DNA of 64,000 nucleotides from Daphnia carinata (Eukaryota): NCBI RefSeq assembly GCF_022539665.2, contig NC_081332.1, positions 1,798,001 to 1,862,000 of the forward strand, read 5' to 3'. Shown piece by piece: positions 1 to 12,349 of this stretch (position 1 is its first letter; each line of letters starts with the position of its first letter). The notes under the pieces were generated by a model. It saw only the letters and a program-made list of their open reading frames with translations, ran no database searches and was not told where the DNA came from. The position numbers and the translations under genes were made by a program.

Positions 1-1324
1 CCAGGGAAAAAGGAGAAAGGAGCAGTTACCTTATTGTACGATCTTGTCGGTCCTCCCGGCCCACCGGGTCCTGTCGGTCCTGCAGGTTGGTCTTCATTCT
101 TGAATTTGATTTTTGAAAATTGGATGTTGTGCATTTCTCTGTGTGTTTGTATAGGCAAAGATGGTACCAACGGGATCAATGGAATCAACGGAGCTGATGG
201 CAAAGATGGTACGGATGGAGCGCAGGGACCTATTGGTCCTACAGGACCACATGGACATGCCGGTATGAAAATTTCTTAATGGTCGTTCCTATTTCCTTTA
301 AATTGTTTTGGTCCATGTTTCAGGCCAGGCAGGAGCGCAGGGTGCTACCGGTGCCCAAGGCAGTCCAGGTGTTCCCGGACCGCCAGGTGTACAGGGCGTT
401 CAAGGAATTCAAGGACCTACGGGACCGCAAGGCATCCAAGGACCTAAAGGTATATAGAGAAAAAAAATAGGCAGGATGAAATCGTTGGTTTAAAATCATT
501 TTTAAAAAATGAACAATTGCAATTAATTTTCTTGCTTTGAACACAAAAAGGCGATGATGGGAAAGATGGCAGAGACGGAACCAATGGAATCAACGGCAAA
601 GATGGAACTCCTGGAACTGTTGGAGCAACAGGTAAGTCATTCACTTGGTTCTTATCGTCTTACCTGAACGTGTGTCTCTCCTTGATTAATTAATCACTTT
701 CACATGCCAGGACCACCCGGAACACCCGGACAAAACGGCCAGGACGGCAAAGACGGAGTAGCCGGACCACCAGGGCCGACAGGTAATCATTTTTTTTACG
801 ATTCAGATCATCATGTTGACAAGATGTAATCAACAAATAATTCGCTGCACACAAAAGGCCAACCAGGTGTCGCTGGACAAAACGGAAAGGACGGAGTCGA
901 TGGTAAAGACGGTCAGGACGGAACACCGGGAGCTGCCGGACCCCCAGGTAAAAATTTGTCTTTGTTGATGTCCAGAATGTAAATGGTTGAATTTCTAATC
1001 ACGTTCTTTTGAATTGGGTTTGATTAGGACCTCCCGGAAAGGACGGTCAAGACGGCACCCCAGGAACATTCGGACAAGCAGGACAGGATGGACAAGACGG
1101 GACGGGCGGTACCGCTGGGACAGTCGGGGCAGTTGGTCCCGCAGGTTCAACGGGAACCGCAGGTGCTGCTGGCGCTGCTGGTGCAGGTGAGTCTGAAAAT
1201 CATTTTTTAAAAGATATAATTAAAGCAAATGGTTCAATCAATAATTCGATTGTTCTTCTTTTCAGCCGGAACACCGGGAACGCCAGGAGTACCTGGAGTA
1301 CCCGGAGCGCCGGCAGCCAAATAA
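1..1324 (+). CDS. Short collagen-like (Gly-X-Y) protein, 5'-partial, multi-exon
   Basis: Exons ~1-85, 155-262, 324-449, 551-631, 711-782, ~858-947, ~1028-1186, 1266-1324 joined by phase-1 GT-AG introns give continuous Gly-X-Y ([25 protein letters not shown]...[15 protein letters not shown]); TAA at 1322-1324. Confidence 0.9.
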
Positions 1325-4300
1325 TCAAGACAATTAACAATGCCATTTGATTTAGATTTTTTTTTGTAATGCTATTTAAATTTAAAAGGGTACGGGTTTC
1401 GGTTGCAACGGATTGTCTGGACACCGATGTTCAATATTGCTGGTGCTGATCTTCTTGTTTTGTTTTTTCCCCATCACGCAATACAAAAATGAAACTGTTA
1501 ATTTTATTCACGCTTACGAATTCGTATAAACAACTGTTAGTTACAAGCTATTCAACCCGCCAACTTGATGGATTATACACTTGATGGTGGTCTTTGTAAA
1601 ATAAAACAAAAAAAAACAAGTGTCCTTATCTAAAGGTGAAGTTCGATCTCAAACACGCGCCTACAGGTAATGTAAATCGAATGAAAGCGCACCGCGTGTA
1701 TAATAAGGCAGAGCCGGTTTTGTTCCAAAAACATTCTACCTCGAAGCTAACCGAAAACAAAGAAACATGTTTGATCAACGATGGGCACAGGATTGGTCGT
1801 AAATCAACAAAAAAAGAGCGCGAACGCTGGGCTTTTTTTAGAATGCCTGTCACTACTTCACGTGCGGCAGACGGGATGGAGTACCTGTCAAACCACCGCC
1901 TATTTCGGGAGCGGCTGTGTTTTGTTTTTTTTTTAACTTCAAAAAGAAAAATTCGTTCACATTTTTGGTAAAAGCGGCAAATGGATTGGTGGAACAATCG
2001 ATTTATTCTTCTACTATCCTCTTTTTCCCACAATCTTGAGGGGGCCCCTCTGCATTAGTTTTAAGCTATCTTTGGTTCGCCTTTCAGAGCATATGATTTC
2101 AGTGTGCGTGTCCAACCAACGAGACTAACGAAAATAAACAAGTTATCTAGGCGTGGTGTAACAAAAAAAAAATGTTGAGTCTCGTTCTGGTATCCTATGC
2201 TGGACAAGTTCACGTTGGGATGTTGACCTTTACATCCTTAAAAGGGGACCGTTACATTTGCTCAAGGCTCATGTACAGTCATTTCTCGGAATCTTTATTT
2301 CATTTTAAACACAATTATTTAGAAACGGACGGCAGTGAACACTGACAGTGAACATTAGAGTAAAAATGAACAAATATTCTGCGAAAGCTTTTGCATGTCA
2401 ACTTTTGAAATTGCATTGTCAATGCAGAATGACAGTGCTGAACTGAATCGCTTCAAATCGACTGCGTCACTCGAAACTCACGCCGTCGCAATTACGTATG
2501 TAACTTGGGCTTTTTGAAGAAGATTTGAAAGCGTCTCTGACGTCACACGAGTCTAACTATGAAATGAACCTTCGGATTCATTCGGTCCATCTCGATCCGT
2601 ACAAGGTAATTACATTTCATTCATAAGCATGATGGATGGGACTCACATGGTACATGTCCCAGCGTGCTGAATCATTTTTTTTTAAGGAAATGGACATGTA
2701 TTGTGGGGGGGTACAGACATAACCACAACCGCCATGAATCGTTCTCTCTGTAATATTTTGCTATATCCTGTCTGCATAAATTATTTGGCAACGATACACG
2801 ATCGTCTTCTTTCGTTGCTCTTCAGAATTTTTAAACAAATGGAGGAAGTTAAAAAGAGGAAAATGGTTTCAGCGTCGCTATGATAAGAAACGAAAGAAGT
2901 TGATCTATCCACGTCTTTCGCTAAGAGCAGCCATCAAAGTATAGCAAAGTGAAGAAATCCATCAGCCTTATAAATATAGCGCTTTTACCGATAGTGAATT
3001 CTTTTTCTAGGCAGGTAAAATAAGGAATAGGTATAAATCAATGTTAGCGGTTAGTCCCTTGAACGACGCACGTGATTCAACAACAAGGGAGTCTGACGTG
3101 TCACGGTCAGAATAAACAAATTGTTTGATTCACTTGTAAGGCGCTGGTGCACGAATGGCCAGGAAATGAGCCAGGAAAGTGCCGATTGTGTATGGACCAG
3201 CGGGTGATTTTCACGAAAGCATGCTTTGAACAAACGCAGATAAGAGGCAATTCCATAATGATGGTGCACAAGGTAAAAAAAATTATGAAGACATAAGACA
3301 GCAAAAGAGCTATGTCATTGTGGAAATCGATTCCGTGATAGATTTGAAATATTCTTTACGTGATGCCCTTCGCATACGACGTGAATCAAAACAATGTGTT
3401 TATTATTTAGGTTTTTTTGGCCATGTAATGGACTTGATAGATGATCCATTTTGTACGATGAATTAATGAGGAAGTCATTGTTCCACCTAACCTTTGGCAA
3501 AAACTGCAACTCATTTAAACGTGGACTAAGAAAAGCAACTGAAAATACCAAGTTAGTAATTGTGAATGATCGTTTCCTTAAAACTATAGGTAAGCGATAC
3601 GTGCTTCTGGTTTCACGGTCGTTAACTACACCGAGAATCGCGTGTCACGTGAAAAAACAAGAAAACTCTGTTTCGTTAACCGTGTTAAAGTAGGCTCGTG
3701 AAAATCGGCGTAACCGACCAACCTGTTGACACCAAACGTGACTGATACAACACATAACTAACCACGAATTTCTCAAAAGGTTGTTACTAACCTCTTTTAG
3801 CCCCGAGTATGTACGATAATAAACGATGTCACGCGTGATGGCTTGCCAGGTTAGCTGAAGAGAACTCAGAATGTACCCCTAGCGAAAGGCAAATATCTAC
3901 ACATCACGTCACCCGTCGTTTATATTAGGGGTAAACAGCACACCAAGATAAAAACAAAAGACATGTGTATTGTCGTCGGTTTACGCAACCATTTACGATA
4001 TTTTAAATCCAGTACTTTATGAATTTATTATATAATCTCCGATGTAAATCATACATAGATCACAATTTAATCAGACTATGCGTTCATTTTTTTGCTTGCT
4101 GATTGCATTCGATTATTTATACGGGCAATATCAAGACGGATTGCAACTCAACGTATTCTCACGCCGACCACCTGGTTAGATACAGAAGCAATCTTTCTAT
4201 GAATTTTAATCGGTAGTTGGGTAAAAAAAAAATATGAAATTAAAATACGGGATGTAAACTAGCCGTAAGTCACGCGCATCCATCTCGTCCGTCTGTCAAA

Positions 4301-6332
4301 TTCCTCACTCACGTTTGATAAATGTCTTATGTAGCGGTGGATATCTATACCCTCATTGCTAACTATAGCCATCCATTTGCAGCAAAAGCGGATAGGTCTG
4401 TTTTTAATTACCACTCTGACCCTCAACAATTCTCTCATTAGCATATCGTTATTCAAATTGGGCAAATGCGGGGAAGACAATGTTCATGATAATAAGGAAA
4501 CAATTCATCAAAGTTATTCTATACCATCAAATCATGGCGAAAACATTGGCTCAACAATGAGGAATTTGCACACCCAAATTCTTGTCTGGCTAGCCGGGGT
4601 TAAAGAGTTCCATGCCATTATGTATTCGACGAGTAGTTAAACGTCAACGATTTCTTTCCCATTGTTTGGCCATGAAAGGTTTCCCTTGAACATAAAACAT
4701 TATTCGTTGTGTTTTCCTCAAGGAAATGCTAATCGGACGCAACTGCAACCAATTTTGGTACACACGTACGCAAGAAAAAATGAATGCAATATCTTTACGT
4801 TAAAGAATGATCTCCAAATATTGATGGTTGACTCCCAATAAATTGTGTGACGTTCTTCCTCGTGATCCGTGTTAGATATCTCGTTACTTTGCTAGCCGAC
4901 CTCGCGAAGCATTTCGTTTTCTTACTTTGATTAAGGGCCAAATGTCAAGATTGTTGGCACAGATACACAAGACTACATGTGCACAGCGTACTGGAAAAGC
5001 CCGTGCAGTATAATATTTAAAAAAATTGTTAGACGTAGTTTTTTGCATACTGTCTGAGGCCTTTCATTTTTCAGTGCACGCGGGAATGCAATTGCGATGT
5101 TCCCGTTACTTGGCGCACGTTTGTTGAAGGCGTTTCAATACGCGGTGCATCCCCGGTTGTTTAACTAGACGATGGTAAAAGTAAGTATGTTTTAATAAAA
5201 TGCGCACAACGTGGAATTATCTTGACATCCTTGTAAGGCTCGAACAAACTCGTCGATTAGGTTTGTTGTTGAGCTTTTGTTTGTCCACTGTAGAGGTCAC
5301 ATTGATGATCGAAAGCCTCCCAAAAAATGCAACTGCAACGCAGAACTCCTAAGTTTGTCTTTTGAAGTGCGTATATACCTGTAGAAAACACAGATGTTAA
5401 TTTCTAATTGATATTCAGAGCAGCCTAGATGTCATCGCCCTATGGCAACCTACGATTTGCATTATAGTCCGCAAACAAGATTTCTAAAATTGGTTCCACC
5501 GTAGACGGTAGAATTACTTTCGGCTCCATACCAATGGCAGTTTCTTGATTATACAGTAGATTCATCTTAGATTTCTTTTTGAACACATGTCGGTCGTACA
5601 TGAAGGCTGTCTCGGATTAACCGTGTTGATAGCATTTCAGAGACTCTCCCGAACACGACACGATTTGACGCACTTAAAACAAAAAACAAAAAAACAGGAA
5701 TGATATTTGAATATAACAAACCTGTAACAGCTTGTTTGGGAATGGAAGGATAGTGTCATTGTTGACACATTCTAGAGTAAAATTTTTTGTTCTTCCTTTT
5801 AAGACCATCTGTGTTCTTATACAACCAATCAGCACGAATGGAAAGCTTGTGATGCGTTACATTCCTTATTTAATCAAATATCTAGTTTGTTATAAGTCTA
5901 TCATTGGAATGGAATAGCGTGATTTTAAGGTACCACACGACACACCATTTCTTTTCTTTTTTTAACACGATCGGCTTGAAAAAAATAATGGCTGGTATAT
6001 AACGGCAGTGAATTTGTTTAATGTACAAAAAATGCATCAGTCATGGGGAAATGTATGGGAGAGCCAGAAAACCTGCCCTTGTCTGCAACCTGCCTTCGGG
6101 GAATGGAATGCTAAAAAGGAACAGCCCAAGATTTAAAAAAAATAAATAAAAAATAAAATCTTTAAGAATCTATTTGGTAAAGAAACCCACTACGCTTTTC
6201 TTTGCTTGCCGACCGTCCGCCAGTTCGTGAACTGAGCTGGGCGTTGGTAGTGATGGTGTTCCAAACCTGATTAATCTAAAGATCGAAAACTTAAAGTAAT
6301 TTTCTTTTTAGTTCAATCGACAGTTAACAACA

Positions 6333-8391
6333 ATGACACTGCTGGTAAGTCTAAGTAATCCTTAATCATTTCGTTTAAGTGTTAATCGTAACACGTTTGT
6401 AATTCATGTCGTACGTGTAGGGAATCGGTTCTTTATTTTACTTGGTGGCTGCCTATTTAGCTTTTCCTACGGGCAATTCTACAATTGAACAATCGATACG
6501 GTCTTCAACTGTTCAATTAACAAGTCGTTCAAGTCGTTCGTATTATCCTTACCGTTATACTGGACGTTATTCGCTGCCGGACGTGTGGTCAATTCACGAA
6601 CATCGACGATACTTTGCGGACGATTACTTTGCACCTAGGACTCGTTTTGAATTTTGGAATCCATCGTTGAGTCCTCCGATAAATTACGGTACGCTTCTAT
6701 TTTCGAAACCATCAGATAAGTTATTCGTGAATGCATCTCGCAAATTTAGGTCGTAGGCGTACAAGACCCCCTCATGGTCATCGAGGCCCTTCGCGACGGG
6801 TCGATGATGAATGGTCGAGGATCTTACGGTCCATGGCCAAAATGGGCCTGGTCTCTCTAGAGAAGAGCAAGATTGGTTCGAACGTCTATTACGCCAACGA
6901 TGATGATTCATTAGAAACGGATGACGAGCCGTTTCATTACGGAGGCCAAGCCCAACCAAGAAGACCGAACCGATATGAAAAGAACCAAACGAATAGTAAA
7001 AAACACAATCGCAAACCATCGCAAAACGTTAAAAAAGACGAGGACGATGATGATTACATTAAAAAGAGACCAGGCACCGGTTTGGGAATACCTTGGATGT
7101 TCAATTTAATAGGGCCGCCAGGTAATCGATTCATTCTCTAATTCTCTTTGGTTTCAAAACTTTATGGATTGACGGATGTCAGGCCCTCCAGGGAAAGATG
7201 GCCGAGATGGGTTACCTGGACCAATAGGACCAATCGGTATGCAAGGACCACAAGGTGTTCAAGGTGTTCACGGAAGTACTGGGCTTCAGGGTGTCCAAGG
7301 CCCGCCAGGTGTGCAAGGATCACAAGGCCCACCAGGTGTCCCAGGGATCCAAGGTATATTTTAAATAACTGCATTTTGTTTAACTGAAATTGTTCAATTA
7401 CTCGGATGAAGGACGAGATGGAGCTGATGGCAAAGATGGCCGGGATGGAGTGGAAGGAAAAGACGGCAAAGACGGCCAGGATGGAGCACCTGGTCTGACA
7501 GGCAATACATTATTCCTTGCTGATTATAGTAAAACATAACTCAATCAACTCATGGCAATTAGGATTGGCTGGAACGAATGGTCAAGATGGCAAGGATGGA
7601 AGGGATGGCCAAGATGGCGCTCCAGGTCCACCAGGTGTGCCAGGTGAAAACGGGAAAGACGGGCAAGACGGAAAGGATGGCCAGAACGGAAAAGATGGAC
7701 AGGATGGAGCTCCAGGCCCTCCAGGTATGTGATTTATACGATCAAAAATGAAATGAAGTGGTCCTTATTGTGTTGTCTGCATAAAAAACATCAGGACCAC
7801 CTGGACAAGACGGGAAAGATGGAACGGATGGTACCGGTGGGCAATTCGGACAGGACGGTACCGATGGCCAAGAAGGACAGGACGGCCAAGACGGAGCTCA
7901 AGGTCCAGTTGGTCCTGCTGGAACTCCTGGCAAAGACGGAACTGACGGAAAAGGTAAAGATCAGTTTTGTTTAAAGGTAATGGAACTTTAAGCTCATTAC
8001 ATTTAAAATTAAATTTCAGTTGGAGATCCGGGTTTGCACGGACTTCATGGAACGGCTGGCGAGGCTGGAGATCCTGGATTGCCAGGACTTCCAGGTGAAG
8101 CAGGTGAACACGGTACTCCAGGTGCGGTGGGACCAGCAGGTACACCTGGCACAGGTGGTACCCCTGGAACTGGAGGTACCCCTGGAAGCCCAGGATCACC
8201 AGGATCATCAGGATCTCCCGGATCTCCAGGTTATTATTTATTTGAATATTTACGCCCCCAAGGTTTTAATGCAATTCAAATTCTGTTTAGGATTGCCTGG
8301 TGTGAATGGCATACCAGGAGAGGCTGGTGAGGCAGGTCAGAATGGAATACCTGGAAGTCCAGGAGTGCCTGGAGTACCCGGAGTTGGTTGA
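6333..8391 (+). CDS. Secreted short collagen-like protein, paralogue of the gene at 1-1324
   Basis: ATG 6333 (MTLL, intron, [16 protein letters not shown] signal-like), Arg/Tyr-rich N-domain, then [22 protein letters not shown] and Gly-X-Y exons separated by phase-1 introns; ends GVPGVPGVG* (TGA 8389-8391). Confidence 0.88.
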
Positions 8392-8837
8392 GAACAATCC
8401 GAGTTGCACTTATATCTTTTTCCCTACACCTACACCGCATACAGAATTCTTATTTATTGATATTGACACAGCCGAATTCATAAACGAAGAGTGATAATAC
8501 AAGTTTTAAAATATATTGACACAAAAAACGAATTCTATAGTCAGCTAATTGGAATACTGTGGACGCATGTCAGTGCGATCCCGTAATTATTACGTACAGG
8601 TTTATATGATATGGAAAACTTGTTAATCTATTTAGGTTTAATGTCGCAAACTTTCCAGACTTCGTCGAGGCCGAGGAGCCTTAACTAATTAAACCCATCG
8701 GACTCATTTTGAAAAATCAGTTCACAATCTCTGGAACGCTGGAATATTTAAAAACGTGTCCATCAACGCGGTTAACAGTTGCGATTAGTTTAACATACAA
8801 ACGAAATGCAAACTTTATTGAGCGTGTCCCCGTGTCC

Positions 8838-8887
8838 AAAAAAAAAAAACAAAAAAACAAAAAAACAAAAAAACAAAACAAAACAAA
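8838..8887. repeat. A-rich (A)nC simple repeat
   Basis: Runs of A punctuated by single C (aaaaaaac, aaaac units) read directly. Confidence 0.8.
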
Positions 8888-10496
8888 TGCCATCGCTCAA
8901 CTTGAAGGTTTCACATGTAAAGACAAAGTTTAGAAGTTCTCTTTGATGTCCCCTTTTAACAAAATCACGTTGGAGTGACACCCCAGAGTCGCACGCACGT
9001 CCGAGGCTAATCACGTTCGGGATTGGCGGCGTTCAACGGTGGCGCCAACCGTCGTTGCTAAGCAGTTTGAACCACATGTATGCAACTCTATTTGAAATGT
9101 CTGTTTGCAAAACTGGTTAGCAGCGGGTCCGACTTTATCCCCTTTCCAAACCTGATGCTAATCAACTATTCGTAATCTTTCCAGCGTTTTCTCCTCTTTC
9201 CCCTTGAGGTTTGAACGAACCCTGCACGATGGCCCGTAAACAAAAATGCGAAATAAGAACATGATAAATTCAACACTCACGTTGTATAACAATCAGTTGG
9301 TGCTTTCACTCGAGAAATCTTCGTTATAAGGGCCCGTCAGGCAGCTGATGCGTGTTGGGCTTCTAAACAGAAACTGCACTAAAGCAAGACATCATCCCCC
9401 TTCTCCAGACCATCAAAGCCATAGGGCAAAAATGCGAAAATGTTTCAAAGTTTATTGTTTTCTACATTTGTCGAACGGGTGAGGGGTGAGTCTGAAAGAA
9501 AAACCCCCGCTTTAAAAAAAAATGGGGCACATGAAATCAATCAACAAGAACGGATTGTTAAGTTATTAAATGAATAAAAGATGGTAGAAATGCTTTCGGG
9601 GTTCTACCGAATGGCGACCCACATCTTTAACATAAATGTGCAGCTTGATGGTTCAAAGAGATTGTGGTCAGGTATATAGGCGTCCTTTGTATACATTGTG
9701 GTCAACATAAAGGACCAGGTAGTGGGCATACCTATTCATCAGGTCAACCCTCCTCTTTCGATTCCAAATTGAATGGTCAGGTAAAAAATAAAACGAGCAT
9801 TGGTCCTAAGAGTCCTAGCCCATTCCAGGAAGAGATGTTCCTTCCGAAGTTCATATTATTTTTTGAAAATCTTTACAGTAGAAAGACATTGTTTAAGTCT
9901 TCTACCTCGTTTCCTTATTTTGATCATGTTGATCGTGCATGTACGACCATGTTTGGGTTGATTCAAATTCGAAAGTGGCTGATATAATATGCCCAGCTCT
10001 GTTATGCAACCGACCTTCATTGCGCGTAACATTCGTTTTTGTATTTCCTTGCAAAAAGTGGACCAACACGGGGAAGATATCGTGCACCTCCACCTCCACC
10101 ATAAGCGTGTGTATATAATGAGACAATTGCACCTTCACCGATAGTTTTCAATTTTATTGCTTTTTCCCCTTGAAATGACCTTAATAAGAAATCGCCAATG
10201 TTTACAAGTACCCCATGCTCTGCACGGTAACCGATTAGCACAAGGTTTGCACACTTTTTTTTCTCTTCAGGTTCTTGTGTAACAACACTTGCTCTGCTTT
10301 CGACATTTCTCTAAAACCATCGAGGACGGGGGGAACGCTTGTTCAATTTTTATCGGGGTTTTTAAAACAGGAGACTGTTTTTTTTCATTTTGCGAAGGAC
10401 TGATGATATTCAATTAAAAAATCACTTGGGTGGGGCATCTTGATTCGACGTTGTGCAAATTTTTTTCCGAGGACGTTGTAATCGAACGTGATTCAT

Positions 10497-11557
10497 TCAA
10501 CGGGAAATCGATTGTCGACAGACAAAGGCGCTCTGTGTGTTCAGAAAACAAAACAAAAAAAAAATAAGTAAGAAAACGAGATTTTTATAATTGAATGTAA
10601 TAAAGGAATGGCCAGCCAAAAACAAATGAGGTTATATACCGAGTGAGTTTTGCGTAATTTCCAGTTCTCTTCTTGTAGCTTCAAAATGACTTGCTTACTC
10701 GTTTTCTCCCGGTGGTTCCCCTGAAACGTTGCCAACCGGTCCCGTTCTTCTTCCCATTCGGATTCGCGAATGGCAGACTATACATCAAACAAAAATTTTA
10801 TCTTTGATGAGTGAACGTATGAAAGAAATGATTTTCTTTTGTTTTTCACCAGAATTTTCAGGGCTTCGAAATCTTGACACAAGGCCTTACGTTTCAGTTC
10901 AGATTCTTTCAGTTTGTCAATGAGTAATGTGATTTGTTCGTTCTTCTCTTGATTGTCATGAATCCACTGAGTCATAACGAAAGCCATCTGTTTTTAGAAA
11001 ATTCGTTCAAAATTTAATCCCGCAATTATGCAAATCGAAAAAAAAAAAATAATTACCCTGGTGACTGATTGACGCATGCGATTGTTCTCTTCCATAACGG
11101 TGTCTACTCTGCGATGGAGGGTGCCAGACGAGCAACAATCGCGAGTCGATTGACTGGTTTCTGGCGTTTGATTCGGGATCAATGATTTTGTCAACGTGTC
11201 CTCAGGCTCTTGTACAGTTGCTGCCTGCTGCCAGGCCGCGACACCCAATGGGTCCGTCTCGAACGGCCGGTATTTTTCGGCGCAACTGCAAATAAGGAAC
11301 GAACGCTTTCTTATAGCAATGACGATTGAAAGGCACCTGTGCATCGCTAGCAACAACAGCCATGCACACCTACCGAATTTGAAGATGCGCTTTGAGAAAA
11401 AAAAAAAAAAAAAAAAACCAATAGGCAAATTATAAGAATACTGTGTGATTTGTTACCCCGGCAGAAATTGTTCAGCTTCCATTCTGTGCTGTGAATTAGA
11501 GTGATGTCGTGCCCGCAACGTGTGAATGTTCACTCCACTGCGTGGCCACTGTTCCAT
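10497..11557 (-). CDS. Uncharacterised ~215-aa coiled-coil protein (5 coding exons, ends uncertain)
   Basis: Phase-compatible GT-AG joins give MEQWPRSG...EQFLPG / CAEKYRPFETDPLG...MEENNRMRQSVTR / MAFVMTQW...DFEALKIL / SAIRESEWEEERDRL...KLQEENWKLRKTHS / SAFVCRQSISR*; heptad-like E/K/L pattern. Confidence 0.6.
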
Positions 11558-12349
11558 CAGCTTTTCTTCAACTATTACAAGAGGGAGGAAAAAACAACAA
11601 CAACAACAACCCAACTGTACTGCAATAAAAAAAAAGCGCACTTGTCAGCTGGTGTACAGCACTCGATTATTTTATTTTTTCTTTTAAAAGATCCACATCT
11701 GTCATTGCATCGCCCTTAAAAAATAAAAATGTGTTTGGGGCGGTTTCTAACCAGCCAATTGAATTAGATTGCCTTTGGCGCTTGGCACTTAGCAATCGCG
11801 TTACTCAGCTCCATATGCAAAAACATGTGCCCTTCTCCTTTTCGTTTGGGAACTCCCCGACTTTTTATTTCCGAGAAGATTTTTTTTTTTTTCCCGTCTA
11901 CTTTTTTGCATTTTATTAGGGGCGTTGGCCGGCAGCAACAGCTTTCATGACTATCACAACTGTTTGAACGATAGCGTGAAAGGCTAGGACACAGGTACCT
12001 TGGCAAAAACACAGTACGCAAACTATCACGATTTTCAATATTGTTGCAGTTGTTCCACATATATATGCGTGTGCGTTGAATTCCAGTTTGAGTACACTCT
12101 TGAATAATAACAACCGTTGGCTGTGAGCGTGACACACACTAACGAATACCAATACATCTTTGTTTTGATTGCTTGTTTGCATTTATTAGGGAAAAGGAAC
12201 AATTGTTGGCAGCTAGACACAAGCATTATGTATTTGAATTTTGAGAATTATAATCAAACAACCAGCATAAAATACAGCCATGGGGGGGAGGAGGGGAAAG
12301 GAAATAACAGCATCCAAAAACACAAACATAAATATTATAAAGAACAAAA

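Noticed and set aside
1388..1445. 3' flank of collagen 1 faintly encodes GTGFG and MFNIAG, like GTGLG..MFNLIG in collagen 2
   Set aside because: Very short, needs a frameshift and has no following Gly-X-Y; probably chance.
1500..6300. Long intergenic stretch (also 52100-55400) checked for hidden genes or elements
   Set aside because: I found no consistent spliced frame, protein motif, terminal repeat or RNA gene; a non-coding transcript cannot be excluded by eye.
7493..7562. Possible GC-AG intron in collagen 2 (ACAG/GCAATA at 7502)
   Set aside because: A canonical GT donor 9 nt upstream keeps frame and Gly-X-Y register equally well; undecidable without transcripts.
34..8494. Many short ORF-track entries overlapping the collagen genes
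   Set aside because: Shifted-frame or antisense shadows of Gly-X-Y exons, or exon-intron read-throughs.
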